Source: Camelus dromedarius | Taxonomy: Eukaryota | Reading direction: 5' to 3' | DNA: 64,000 bases | Assembly (NCBI RefSeq): GCF_036321535.1 | Contig: NC_087437.1 | Span: 37,078,001-37,142,000 of the forward strand | Part shown: positions 37,796-51,888 of the stretch, one piece after another | How the letters are laid out: every line of letters begins with the position of its first letter | How positions within the stretch are numbered: the stretch's first letter is position 1 | Notes under the pieces: generated by a model | Seen by the model: the letters and a program-made list of their open reading frames with translations, nothing else | The model's database searches: none | What the model was told of the DNA's origin: nothing | Made by a program: the position numbers and the translations under genes

Positions 37796-40260
37796 ATATT
37801 TAGAACTTCAAAGCAGGTTGGTAAGAAATAAAATTTCAGACAGAAATCAAAGAAATATTCATTTCTATTACTGAAAAAATTAAACTTGTATTCGTATTGA
37901 CCCTGTGTATGTAAAATAACCATAAAATTAGGTAGATAAATTAGGAGATATTACAACCTAGTAGAATAATCAATTAAATATGTAACATTTAAAGAGAGGA
38001 GAAATTGGGAAATATTTTATCAAAGAGTATCTAGAATAATCAAAGAATTTAAAAATTTGAAATAGGGAAATGGAGTTTATTTTTACTGTACATAATGAGC
38101 AATCAATGCTTTAGAATATTTAGAAAATAGTGTGTGGTCTATATTAAGTGGAACACAGTGTCTATAAAAGATGAAGTTCAAAACTTAGGGCTTGCTATAG
38201 AAGACTTCAAATGCCAGAAAGAGGCATTTATTCTTAATTAAAGGTTTTACATAATCAGAGCTGTTTCCAAAAAATCAATCTGCTAACATTGTTGAAGTTT
38301 GATTGGAATAAAGAAATACAAAACATAGAAAGTCTTAGTACAGGGTTATTGGTTCAGGTGAGAGTTAAAAAGGTTTTGAACTAGAGACATGCCTATGAGA
38401 ACGCATTATACTCAAAGAATATCGGAAATACAAAATTTGTTCAATCTGGAATTGATCAGAAAAGTAGTTTGTATACATAGGGGAAAGAAAAAGTGCTCTT
38501 TTTATACTAATTATAATTTAAATTAAAACATTATATTGTTATTTTAGTGTTTCTGAAAAAAGAGTACTTATTTTTATCTCTACCATGAAAAATATTTTCA
38601 CTGTACATTTTATGATCTACATAGTTATTCACTGAATGCCACAATGAGAAAATATCTTACTGATGACTTATGTCAGTAATATGATCTGATTTTAAGAAGC
38701 TTTAGGAGTACGGCAGAAAAACCTGTTTGGGATATAGCAGTAAAAGTTGATGGCTACTTCTATGTTTTCTCTTCTAAATCAAGAGCAATTTGATTCTTTT
38801 GTATAAAAAAATGGTCTCAGTAGAATAAGACTTTTCTAAATCACTAACTATATTTAAAATATCTCTGAATGGGCTCATAAACTTGTATTAAATTATATAC
38901 TTAGATTTAACTTTGGTCTCTCCTCCACTAGTATTTTAACTTAAATAGAAGATATTGTGCAGAACTATTCCTTGGATTCAACCTGTCAGCTTTACATTTA
39001 TGAAATGGATCACAAATGCAACCCACCTCACTTTACATTTTTTACTTTAGATATTCATTCATATTCAATTATTCTGTTGTCTGTCTTTTTCCAACCCCTA
39101 GAGAAGTGTCCCGTCCTTTGAATTCTCCACTGGTTAAAAAAATAAGACATAAACTATTCTATTATGCATTTCAAATGTATTCCCAGTTCACTTGTTGTAT
39201 GAATTCACATTTAAAACTTGTATTTTTAAAAAGGAAGAGAGAAAAATGTTTTAGTAAAATAACATACTCCACATAACCCTCTCTAGCTGAGTGGTATTAT
39301 GTGATAAATATAATCTATGGGTAAAATCTAGTTTTTATATTTCATCTTAGTATTTAAAAAGTAGTCTTAAATTATTTTGCATGTGCTTCCAGCAATATGG
39401 GGGGGGAGGGGTTGGAGACTTATTTCCTTACACAAATGAGTAAGGGGGAAGAAGCGGCATGTCTTTTCTAAGGTTTAAGCAGTAAGTGATTAATAATGAC
39501 TCTCACTGGTTTAAGAGTGTCAAGGGAGAATAAATTGAAGTAATTGTTTTACGGAGCTTGCTTTGTAAAAATCTCTGGGCCTTCTCCCAAACATTCTGCC
39601 ATAAACCTCTCCATGTGACACTTCTCTGCCAATTGAAATGTGACCTACATAAAAAATCGCATTGGTGACAAATAATCTCACGATGTATACATAGAAAATC
39701 ATCTTATTGTACACTTTAAATATATAGACCTTTATTGTCAATCTCAATCTCAAAAAGACAAATCAACCATTAAACTAACCTTTCCTGACACTCAATAAGT
39801 GGTAACTAGAGGGACCGGGAGATCTGTGGAGTAAAAGAGACTTATTATGAATCTCTAACTAACTGACTTTTACATATTTATTATTTAATTCCAATTCTCA
39901 GAATCATGACTTTAGTTTCCTAAGATTACTTTTCTTTGTTGTTCTTTATTTTGATTGGGATAATCCTTGGAACATAGAGAACATTTTTTGATGGATCACT
40001 GTGGTTCCCTTAAACAGCTAGATCATGACTGATGTCATCTGATCAAAGAAAATCTCTCAATAATAATAAATCACTCTTATGGGTTTTAAGTAAAAAGATC
40101 AACAGTAAAATTATATAAAAGTATTTTTATTGTATAAAAAAAGAAAAAAGAGAAAGTCCTTAGAATTATGCTCAAAGATGTGATCAATGTTTACAGAATA
40201 AGACTTAACCCCAGATTTTTGTGATTAAAGTCTACAAAGGCCTGTCATTAATTAATTTCT

Positions 40261-41411
40261 AGTATGGACATTTTAACAATGTTAATCTTCCCAATCCATG
40301 AGCACAGAATATCTTTCCATTTCTTTGTGTCCTCTTCAATTTCTTTCAACAATGTCTTATAGTTTTCAGGGTACAGATCTTTCACCTCCTTTGTTAAATT
40401 TTATTCTTTTTGTTGTAATTGTAAATAGGTTTATTCTCTTAATTTCTCTTTCTGCTAGTTTGTTTTTAGTGTATAGACATGCAACAGATTTTTACATATT
40501 GATTTTGTACTCTGCAAATTTAATACATTTGTTTATTATTTCTAATAGTTTTTGAGTGGCATCTTTAGGGTATTCTAGATGTAAAATGATGCCATCCACA
40601 GAGAGTGACCATTTTACTTCTTCCTTTCTAACTTGGATCCCTTTAATTTATTTCTCTTTCCAAATTGCTCTGGCTAGGACTTAATACTATGTTGAATACG
40701 AATGGTGAGAAAACGGCATCCTTGTCTTGTTCCTGATCTTAGAGGAAAAGCTTTCAGGTTTTCCCGAGTATGATGCTAGCTATGTGTTTGTCATATATGG
40801 TCTTCATTACATTGAAGCATGTTCCTTATATTTTATTAAGTTTTTAATCATAAATGAGGATTACTTTATCTGTATGTATTGAGATGATCATATTACTTTT
40901 ATCTTTATAATTTTACTAACATGGTGTACCATGTTGATTAATAAATGGATGCTGAACTATCTTTGCATCCCATGGTGTATGATCCCTTTAATGTATTGTT
41001 ATATTCAGTTATGAATACTTTGTTGAGGGTTTTTGCATCTGTGTTCATTAGATATACTACCTGTAATTTCTCTTTTTTTGGTCTGATTTTGGTATTAGAG
41101 TAATGTTGGCACCATAAAATAAGTTAGAAACCATTTTCTCTTCTTCAATTTTTTGACAGAGCTGGAGAACAATGAGTATTAAATTGTCTTTGAATGTTCA
41201 GTAGAATTTACCTGTGAAGCCATCTTGTTCTGGACTTTTGTTTCTTGTCTGGGTGGTTAATCTCCTTACTAGTGATTACTCTATTCAGATTTTCTATTTT
41301 TCATGGTTCAGCCTTGGAAGACTGTATGTTTATAAGAATTTATCCACTTCTTTTAAGTTGACCAATTTGTTAGTGTACAGATCGTCATAATATTCTTTTA
41401 TTGTCCTTTGT
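40261..41411 (-). mobile_element. Inverted 5' segment of a twin-primed L1 (ORF2 RT region)
   Basis: Antisense L1 ORF2 landmarks ('catccttgtcttgttcctgatcttagaggaaaagctttcag', 'tttttgcatctgtgttcatta', 'agaatttacctgtgaagccatct'). Confidence 0.9.
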
Positions 41412-42745
41412 GCTAATGGACTGGAAGAAATAATATTGTTAAAATGTCCACATTACCTAAAGGAATCAACAGATATAATATAATCCCTATCAAAATTTCA
41501 ATGATATTTTTCACAGAAATAGAACAAAAATAGCCAAAGTTATCCTGAGAAAAAATTACAAAGCTGGAGGTATCACACTCTCAGATTTGAAATTATATTA
41601 CAAAGCTGTAGTAATTAAAACAGCATGGTATTTGCAGGAACAATGAACACCGAAGTCAATGCAATAGAACTGAAAGCCCAGAAATAAACACACACATATA
41701 TGGACAACTGATTTACAGCACAGGAACAAAGAACATACAATGGAGAAAGAACAGTCTCTTCAATTAATGATTTTGGGAAAACTGAAAAGCCACATGTAAA
41801 AGTCTGAAATTAAACCACTATCTCACATCATACACAAAAATCAACTCAAAAAGGAATTGAATGAAAGATGTGACACCATAAAACACATGTAAGAAAACAT
41901 AGGCAGTATGCTCTCTGACATCAGTCTTAACAAGATCTTTCTCAATATGTCTCCTCAGGCAAGGGAAACAAAAGCAAAAATAAAAGGGACTACATCAAGC
42001 TAAAAACCTTCTACACAACAAGGGAAACCATCAACAAAATGAAAAGACAACATACAGAATATGAGAAAATATGTGTAAATCATATATCTGATAAGAAATT
42101 CAAATCCAGAATATATAAAGAACTCCTCATTCAACTAAGCAATTAAAAGCAAACAACTTGATTGAGAAATGAGAAAAAGAACTGAGTAGATGTTTTTCCA
42201 AAGACATACAGATGGTCAATATGCACATGAAAAGATGTTCAACATCACTAAATATTACGGAAATACAATACACACACATACACAATGGAATACTACTTAA
42301 GCATAAAAAAGATGAAATATCTACACATGGCAACATGAATGGACCCTGAGGGTGTTATGCTAAGTAAAATAAGTTATACAGAGGAAAAAATACCATATTA
42401 TTTCACTCATATATGGAATATGAAAATTAAGAAAAAATTTAAATAAATGGAGAAACTAAACCAAACAAAAACAAACACATAAATAGCAAAAATAGAGTAG
42501 TGGTTACCAGAGGGCACAGTGGTTTAGGAGAGGATAAAATGGTAAAGGGGGTGAACTGTACACTGCCAGACAGAAAATAAACTGTTGGTGGGAGAAACTT
42601 GTAGTGCATACAGGAGGCAAAATACATGAAACTTATACAATGTTTTAAACCAATGTTACCTCCATAAACTACATATGAAACTCATACTGGACTTATATAA
42701 TGTTTTAAACCAATGTTACTTCAATAAATTAAAAATTAAATTAAG
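41409..42745 (+). mobile_element. Sense 3' segment of the same L1 (ORF2 C-terminal part with internal deletion, laurasiatherian-type 3' UTR)
   Basis: 'aaagctggaggtatcacac', 'caatggagaaagaacagtctcttcaa', 'gggaaaccatcaacaaaatgaaaagacaa' and the 3' end 'accaatgttacttcaataaa'. Confidence 0.9.
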
Positions 42746-43669
42746 AAAATGTTTTTCTAGTAATTTACTGACAGCTACTTTTTGGAAGACATGATAAATT
42801 ATTGTGAAATATGCTGCTAAACAATAAGAAATTTACTATGGCATTTGAATGTTTTAGCTGTTAGGCAAAAGTAAATATATATAGTCGTGTATTTTTAAAA
42901 TAATTATTTGAATCATTTTACTCTGTGTTAAATTTGAGAACCTAATACTTGATAAAGAATTAAGGAAAAGATATTTATCGTGCAATATTAGCCTTGTCAT
43001 TACAACCATTCATAAAGTTATATTTTTCTGAACTTGATACTATACATTTCCATAAGCTTCTAAATAAGATTTAATCAAATGTATCAATTTTTTTGAATAA
43101 TGGAAAAAGATAATGAAGTACAATTTGATACCTAATCAAACAGTAAATTATCTTTTTTAAAAAGGCTAAATACTGTGCCTAACTTTCATAATCAACCCAT
43201 TTACTGTCCTAATTTTATGCACGATTAAGCTTAGACACAGTAGGCATGATGTTTAGTATCTTATCAAAACTTAGATATTAGCAGAGAAAGAAGAAAGATT
43301 AAGGTTGCCTAATGTTTCCAACATTATTTCATTTCTTGCTGTTCTCTGTGTTCATTGATGGTTATGACTAAAGACAGTAATGGGTATGTTTCTGGAAAAT
43401 TAGAATTTCCTAACAAGCTTCAGTATTGTGTATTTCTCTACATAAGAAAAAAATCTCATATCTGCTAACCCCATCATTCTATTATATTTCATTAACTATT
43501 TTACATACGTCCACCCCAATTTAGCAATCTAGAACTTTTACAGAGATGAGTAAATAGAGAACAATTATAATAATAAACTAAATGACATTTTATGTAGAAT
43601 GGTATCTGGGTGGCCTCACAATTGGAATTTTTTAACAGCAACAGTCAAGCTTTCTATGTATGTATGTTT

Positions 43670-44500
43670 AGTTTTTCTAATATAGTAAGAATACTTAACA
43701 TGAGATTACCCTCTTAACAGATTATGTGTACAACTCTTAACTATAGGCGAAATTTTATACAGAGCAAATCTCTAGAACTTATTTATCTTGTATTACTGAA
43801 ACGTTCCACTGGTTCACTAATTTCTGATTTCCTCATTCTCTTTGTTCCCAGCAACCACTGTTCTGCTCTCTGCTTCTATGAGTTTGACTATTTTAGATAC
43901 CTCACTTTAAGTGGAAGTATGCAATATTTGTCCTTCTATGATTGGCGTACTTCACTTAGCATAGTATCCTCAAGGTTCATCGGTGCTTTTGCATACTGCA
44001 GGATTTCCTTCTTTCTTAAAGCTGAGTACTATTTCATTTTATACTACATATTCTTTATCAATTCATTTGTTAATGAACACAGGTTATTTCCACATCTCAG
44101 CTATTATGAATAGTTCTGAAATGAACATGTGAGTACTAACATCTCTCTGAGATCCTGATTTCAACTCTTTTGAATAAATATACAGAAGTGGGATGGCTGG
44201 ATCACATGGTAGCTCTATTTTTAATATTTTGAGGAACCCCCATGCCACTTTCCATAGTGGCTGCACCATTTTGCATTCCCAGTGTACAAAGTTTTATTTC
44301 TCCATATCCTCACCAATAGTTCTTGTCTTTTTTTTTTTTTTTTTTGTCTTGTTTTGTTTTTTGGTAACAGCCATCATATCAGGTGTGAGGTAATACCTCA
44401 TTGTGGTTTTGATTTGCATTTGTCTGATACAGGTGACGTCAACATTTTTTCACATACCTACTGACCATTTTTACGTCTTCTTTAGAGAAATGTCTTATTA
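43670..44500 (-). mobile_element. L1MA8/L1MA9-like 3' fragment
   Basis: 'aacatgagattaccctcttaaca...tctctagaacttatttatcttg'. The minus-strand ORF 44084-44269 ([28 protein letters not shown]) is ORF2p C-terminus. Confidence 0.9.
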
Positions 44501-44509
44501 TTCTTACTA

Positions 44510-44625
44510 GTCTCTCTTTCCCACTTTTCCTTTTTTCTCTCCTTCCTTTCTCCCTTCCTCTCCCCTTCTTCCTCCTCCTCGCTTTGTTCTCTCTCTCTTC
44601 CCTTCCTTTCTTCTCTTTCCTTCTG
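44510..44625. repeat. CT-rich low-complexity polypyrimidine tract
   Basis: Directly visible. Confidence 0.8.
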
Positions 44626-46254
44626 TAACAAGGTGCGGGAAGGATTCAGTATTGCTGATTTTTTATGAAGCATCCTTTTCCTAAATGTGTATCTGTGTCT
44701 CTAATGTGTGAGCATATCCATACATTTTCTTTTTTAGAGCTTACATATCAGAGGACTTCTTGAAAAAATAAAATAAGTACTTGAAGTAATTATTTTCCTT
44801 CATCATAGAGAAAAGAAAGAAGCCTACAAATAACTTTTTCTTTATTTTCTGGTAGCCTGCCACAGATGAAGCTTATACTAATTAGAAACCGTCTGGAGGC
44901 ATGAGAGCAGATTGAGCCTTCGGCTGGAAGTGCTTCCTGACAGGTGGTTCACCACAAAGCAACATTACAATTACCTAACACACTGTTTGATTTGTGTAAA
45001 CCTCATTACCACTCACATTATTTAATGAACTATGAGCATTCCTTCACCTCCCTGCAGATTGCAGTGCTCCATTTCCATTTCAATTCAGCAATGAAGACTG
45101 CATGGTTTAAACCTATTTGCTTTTTTAAGCAAATATTGCTTTGAATTTATAATTCTGAATTTGAATAGAAGTTTTAAAATACCTACCTAAACCCAATCAG
45201 TGAAACAGGCATGCAAAGTTTGTTCATAATATTAATAATATTATTAAGGTTTAACCTCTTGGGTTATAGTTCCCCCCTGAATAAAAGAGTAAAACTGATT
45301 TTTCCCAATATGTAAGAATGTGTATGCTCAGTGTGTGTTCCCAGGTGTAGTGAGGTGGAAAAGAAGCAATTATCCAGATTCAAGCTTCCAACCACAAAAC
45401 TGCCTCAATTCTTAAGTTTTCTTTGTATGTGCCTGCATAATCTGAAAGTCCATTTGAATGAAACCAAAATGTTATATTTTCTTTTTAAAAAGTCTTTCTT
45501 TATATCTACCTTAGCCTAACAGTTCATGTTTTAATATCTTATGAATTTTCTGGTCTGAAAACAGAACAAAAGTTTATTTAAAGTTTCCAAGAGAAGTGAT
45601 TCTGACAAAAAGACTTGATTACAATAGTGTTTTCTGTAACTTATTCCATAAAAATTATTTTTCTAGGTTGCCTTATGTGCATAGTATTGTGTCACATCCT
45701 TATAATAAACAGACTCATGATTTCTTTTTACTGCATGGAGCTAAAGTTCTATCAGTTTTCAAGCTGAACAAAATTTCACTTCAACATACTTTCCAGGTAT
45801 TTATCACTGTTGTCTACTTACAGAAGCTTCCATTCCTATCAAATGGTTTAGTTAATAACCCTAGACACTCCCCTATTCTAGAAATGCCCTCCTAAAGGCA
45901 CCCTCTATTTTTTAATTCCCGTGCTCACTTATCAGCAAGGAAGCAACTGAAGCCAGTTCTGCCGGACTTCAAAAACTGATCCTTTAACATTGTCTCTCTG
46001 ACTTTCCACATTCCAGCAAAAATACTCTATAAGTCCTGATAACCTAACCACGCTGCAGTTACCACCTACCCACTCCCCTAATCCATGACATAATACAAAA
46101 GTTGCTCACTTGTTCATTTCCAATGTAGTTTCTAGAAAATCTGTTCATTGGAGACACTCAGAAACTCCGTCAAATGGAAGCTTCGTCTGTACATATATTT
46201 CCATTATCACAGGGAGGGATGAGATAAAAAGAAAGTGATAAATCATGCAGTAAC

Positions 46255-46442
46255 CATGGCAGAGTAAAAATGAAATTTTTACTCCTATTCCATTTATTAA
46301 GTGATGGAGTTTAATCCCTGTCCTTTGCATCTGGCCTGATTGCTGTCTGAATTCCTAACTTAGAAACTGGGAGTTATAATAAGATGTGTGAAGGTGCTAC
46401 ATTTTGGGGTGGTTTATCACACAGCAATACACAAGCAGAGCA
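46255..46442 (+). mobile_element. MaLR (MLT1) LTR remnant, internally deleted
   Basis: Terminal 'tacattttggggtggtttatcacacagcaatacacaagcagagca' matches MLT1 3' ends. Confidence 0.55.
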
Positions 46443-47087
46443 GACTCTTAAAGCCTTCACTCAATGACACGTGTTCATTTCCTTTCATGATAAACTGGCC
46501 AAATTAATGCCAAATTTGTATGATCAAATTCAATGATTGTAACTCTCATGATTATAACAAATACCACTTTTTTTAAAAGCACTCTGCCTCCCGAATATTT
46601 TAGAGATTATTTAATTGGCAATACTTGGGTGCTTCTCTTGGTATATGTTCTATTATTTTGAATTGTTATCTTAATATTTTCCTTTAATATTGTCTTTAAT
46701 GATTTGTTGTAGAATGTGTTCTAATCCCTGAAACATAAAGATACCAGAAAAAAATAAAAAGACAACTCAAATAGAGAAGCAGTATGAGCCAAGTCAACAA
46801 GGCAGGGATGACCACTGTGGGTAAAAGTAATAGTAGATTTAGAAGAGGAATAGAAAATTAGAAACATTAGAGAAAAGATATCAGACAGAGTAGGCTAGTA
46901 GTAAATGGTAATAGAGCTGGAATACCAGACAGACGGTTTTGTGTATATTTGATATATTAATTTTGGTAAGTATTAGATCATAATGAGTATGAATTTGAGC
47001 ACAGCCTTCTCTGGCAAAGATGCAGTTTGAGTCTGAAGAGGACAGAACTACAGAGAGTTATTAGAAGCTGTTTTGTAATTCATACGT

Positions 47088-47578
47088 TCTAGAAGGAAGC
47101 CAGGGTCACCCCCAAATATGCCCCTTTGACATAAAAATTATCCTGAACTGAAGACAATTAAGAAGCAGTAAACCCAGAAAAAGCTCTACCATTCTATGCT
47201 TAAAGACAGGACATAAATCTTCCTTATACTGGACAGACTTAGCCTAAAAACCACACCAGAGGAATCCACAAACAAAACTCACTCCCTTCATTTCGTTTCC
47301 CCCCATTTGTTTTCCTTCCCACAGTTTGCTGCCCTGGGAAGCCTAAAACTGCTTTCCTTTGTCATATCATTTTCTGTACATTTATTGTTTCGTGTTGAAG
47401 ATGTCACATAAGCTGCAGTCCTAAACCAGTACTTTTGAGTGACTTTTCTTTTAGGTTTCTCCCACATCATATAACCACACACACTGATAAAGAGTTTGTT
47501 TCTCTTCTTAATATTTTTGTTAAAGAGTATCAGCTGAAAAGCTAGGATGGCTAGAGGTGAAGTTTTGCCTTGCCTACA
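47088..47578 (+). mobile_element. ERV1-class solo LTR (MER34/MER39-like)
   Basis: 5' 'cacccccaaatatgcccctttgacataaaaattatcctgaactgaagacaattaagaagcag' and 3' 'tagaggtgaagttttgccttgcctaca' match recalled MER34-group termini. Confidence 0.75.
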
Positions 47579-48399
47579 GAGACAGTATTAGCAGTGGTGG
47601 TAATAGAAAGATAAGAAATAATCTGAAAAAATCTTCAAAATGCCAGGAGCAAATGATGCTTATAAGGCTTCTATATGAATACAAGTTACCTTGGCTGGGA
47701 ACCTGGAAGGATAAATTGTACTGCCACAATAGAACGGAAGAGTTTAGAAGGCAAGCTAAATTACATTAGAAAGTGGAATCAATTTGTAGATTTATCCTGT
47801 ATGAATTAGGGTATCTATCCCAAGACAAGTAAATTAAAATAAGAAAATCAAAACCAAAATAGAAAATAAAACATTCAAGGAAAAATAAAAACAGTAAGTA
47901 TTGAGAAATTCAAAAGGACTTATTTTTTTCTGGGGTGCATGTGTGATTTTAGTCTTCAGCTAAATCAATTTACTAATGTCTATCATTTGAAAAAATAATA
48001 ACAGAAATTCAATTCCCAGGGTTTAAAAGAAAATAGTAATCAACTATTTACTATATAATTGTATACTATATATCTACTCTGAGTGCCTACTCACAAAAAA
48101 TTACACATAATAAAGTTAAACATAATAAAAACTTATACAAAATGAAAACATTTGACAACGTACTAAATCACAAGTGTACAAAGCTGAAATACTCGATGTA
48201 TGCCACATGCTAAACTATCTTAGATTCTGTTAAAATTTCACTCTATTAGGTGAAAAAAAAAATGTGGTCACTTGGAATGAAGTCTTTAAGAATCTACGTG
48301 CAATGTTATACTATCCCATGCCGGATTTTTGGTGGGAATGTGCAAGAAGTTTGGTGTGGGCAAATTTTTAAATGAATAAGAAAAATCTTTCTCAGTAAG

Positions 48400-48690
48400 T
48401 GAATGCAAAGATTACACAGGTTCAAATAACTGAAAAGGTTCACAAGCCATACTCATGAGGCTTTTATTGAAATATAAATAATAAAATACAGAAGGGAAAA
48501 GAGAGCTCAGGTAAGCACTGAAGTGCTGATGATGTCTGAGACACAACCAAGTACAAGCTCCAGAGCATCCTTTTCATTCACATAAGGTCACACTTACTTA
48601 CTCTGGACTGTTCTTGGGGAGCTTAGGCAAAAGTGTCCGGTGGTGTTTTCTATTTCCATCTAGTCACATAACCAGTCAAGCTGCCTAATT
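48400..48690 (-). mobile_element. Probable MER21/MER68/MER77-like LTR fragment
   Basis: 'tactcatgaggcttttattg...accaagtacaagctccagagcatcctt...tagtcacata' loosely resembles this group. Confidence 0.35.
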
Positions 48691-51600
48691 TTAATTCCAC
48701 GTCATGAAATTTCCTGTTATTATATATTTTTAAAAAGCATGATTTTTAAAAATGATATAGAGTATCATCATATAGATCTACCTTCATTTAAAACATTGTC
48801 AAAAAGATAATTACTTCTCTTTTTTTATACTTGGTAATTTTGCATAATTTTTAATAATTATTCTATAACATCACAATCATAAATAATCCTGCAATTTAAA
48901 AGGAAAAAAAAAGCCAACAGAAAGCCATCAACAAACAAAGCCCTGGATGCTGCAGAGGGGGATTTTGTTGGTTTGGAAAGGTTCCCTCAGTATGTTATCT
49001 TGATCAAGAGTCAAAGCCAGATTTTTAGGAGTCATCAGAGACAAGGAGAGAGTTGTCTTCCTCCAGCTGTAAAATACCTGTATATCCTACATACTGGGAG
49101 AGTATGAAAAAATCCTAAGTGATTATCTGTTTTTTCAATAAGGTTTGAAATCAACTTTAGAAATGTATGTATTCTTTGAATAATGACACACTGAAAATGT
49201 TGCTGTTTATGGAAATTTAACAGCTAAACGGAACGAGAACTAGAATGGACATGAACCAGACTAAATTTTTCCATAAAACCCATTAAGTTGTCTCATTTTT
49301 ACAGAAAATTTCCATTTTCTTTCATGTGTAAAATAAAGTTTTTCTTTTCAATTGAATTTTAGGATACAATCATGAAAACTTGTGTAAAACAGAATTCCAA
49401 AGCATTGGAATTGTTTTCTAAGAATATAGCCAAATGATTTTTAAATATCTTTTGCAGGTAGACCTTGGAGAAAATTGTATACATTAAATTTGCCCATGAT
49501 GGTTTAACTCTTCCATTATCTTCTTGTCCTTCCTGTACAAGTTCTATTCAGTATTATTTTCTCTAAATTCCAACATTAGTAATGGGGTGGGGAGTAAAGC
49601 AGTTTGCCAGTAATTCTCTTCTTACCCGATTCCTAAGGGGCCACTCCCAAGGGAAGAAAAAAGAGCAAGCGACCCAGGCTAATGTCCCTGTCAACACAGT
49701 CTTATGGGAAAATAAGTAACATTCTCTAGAGGGAGAATCTATTGCTATGGAATATTCTCAACAGATGTCCCTGGCAAAGCATTGCTTATGATGGGGAAAT
49801 GCAGAATCTGTGGATCTGTGAGGCATGGCTCCTTGAAGAATGCCACATAAGCTGTACAACTCTTTGGGTATAAAATGGGGTTGTCTACTTTGGGCCATAG
49901 AGGGTCCATCTGATATAAGAAAGGACAGGAGGGCTGGTTGTAATGTGTGTGTGTGTGTGCACGCACGCAGTTGGGGTAGAAAGGAGGGAAGGGCAATGCT
50001 CACCATGTCATGGACCTTTCTCTGCTTTTTCTAAGCTTCTTGATTTCCTAGACCCTTGAAATCTTAATACATGTGACTCTGATTTAGCAAACTAATCCAT
50101 TGTAATAGCTCAGTAACTTATAATATTCTGTGCTTTGCTGTGGCTAATATAATTATCCTAAGGGATACTTCCATTTGGACAGGTGATAAATGCTTGAAAT
50201 ACATAACTTGTTTCTAATTTTAGAATGTCATTCATTTGCAAAGACAGCATAATAGACGGACTAAGTAAAAAGCCTATTGTTTTTTAGTTTTTTGTTTTTC
50301 TGTTTTATTTTAATAAGAAGGCCTGAGTTATCAGCTCTTCTGAGTATTGATTTTACTGTCCTCTCTGACTTGTGATCCCACATTGTTTTCCTTTTCAATT
50401 TTCCTGGCTTCATTATCACTATGGGACCTTTTTATTTTTTGAATAGAATTTGTGCATACAGTGTCAAGGATTTCTTATGTTCCACACTAAAATTAAGTTC
50501 TCTTTAGGATCAAGTCACATCTGATATTCCTTTATACTAAGCACAATGGTTGGCTAATAATATATTCATATTATAAATCTGAATAAAGATAAAAAAAGAA
50601 AGTCGTTTTAGGAGTATAGTTATAACTACCCTTCATGTTTTTAAAATATACTGGCCATGTAGTCATAGGCATTTATAAGGGCAATCATTTCTGTGTGTAG
50701 TGAGTGTGAATAACCCAACACCAAAAGAAATATATAGACAGTGTAATTTTTACATGTATAATCAAATAGAATATTAAAATTAATTGTTTGCAAAATATGC
50801 ACACTGTAACCAAGCAGGCAAAGAGAGCTCTTAGAGAGTTAACGAAGACTTAATTGCACTGAAAGTTATTTTTCAAAGACACAAAAATCCTGTAGGGGAG
50901 GTGTAACTGGAGTTAAATTTATAAATTTATATATTTTTTGTTATAAGGAGGGAATCTATTCAAATATCACATTAATCAACCAGGAGGAAAAAATTACAAG
51001 AATATAAGCAACTGGTAAAAGCATGTTTTTTCTGAATGAGGTATATTAATATGAACAAAATATTTACTGAAAACTCAGGAATACTTCATTAGATTGAAAG
51101 AAGAAATAACATAGATATAGAAAAAATTATTCCAATATTTAATATTTCAATGCAAAGAGGAAAATTTGCAAATTACTGGGGGTAGGAATCCATGAAAGAT
51201 GTAGAAAAATAACTATAATTAATACTAACAGGAAAGTCTCAATTTATTAAATTTTCTCCTATACTTTAAGAATTTAAAAGTATGTTACAATGATGTAGTG
51301 AAAGGATTGACTTTCAGAATATGCTGCTGGTAATTACAATCATTTTAATGTTTTATACCTACAGGCGTATAAATCATGATTAATACCCAAGGTGGTTTTC
51401 TGAGTCGACTCATTAAGCTTTATAAAAAAAAAAAAAAAGAGTAAATTACATTTCCTATCATGGTTAGAAAGTTAACTAACACCATATAGAAATGTTTTCA
51501 GCATTTTTTTTGAATAAAATGAGTTTATACAGGCCAATTTAATCTTAACTAATAATTTCAAAGATTTGAACATAAAGGAAAAAAGTCAGTATTATCCAAG

Positions 51601-51888
51601 ACATTATAGAACATAAAGTAAGAAAGTGGAAACTACTTAACTGGGAAATTTAAAATAAATTCTAAAATACAAGTTATCATTAATTTTGAACTTTTGTTAA
51701 ATTAGAACACTTTATAATATTAAAATCTGAGATGCAGACAGTGAGTGGTATTATATGAAGGGACCTACACTACATTACAAAATGTGATGGCTTTATATAG
51801 CACGTTCAGAAATTCTTTGAGGCTCCTTTCTTCAAAAGGCCCATGAAAATATTAGGGATAGTTTTTTTTTTTTTTAACTCCTGTGTAA

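Noticed and set aside
49386..49417. Short hairpin aattccaa-agca-ttggaatt
   Set aside because: An 8-bp AT-rich stem is expected by chance and is too short for a pre-miRNA.
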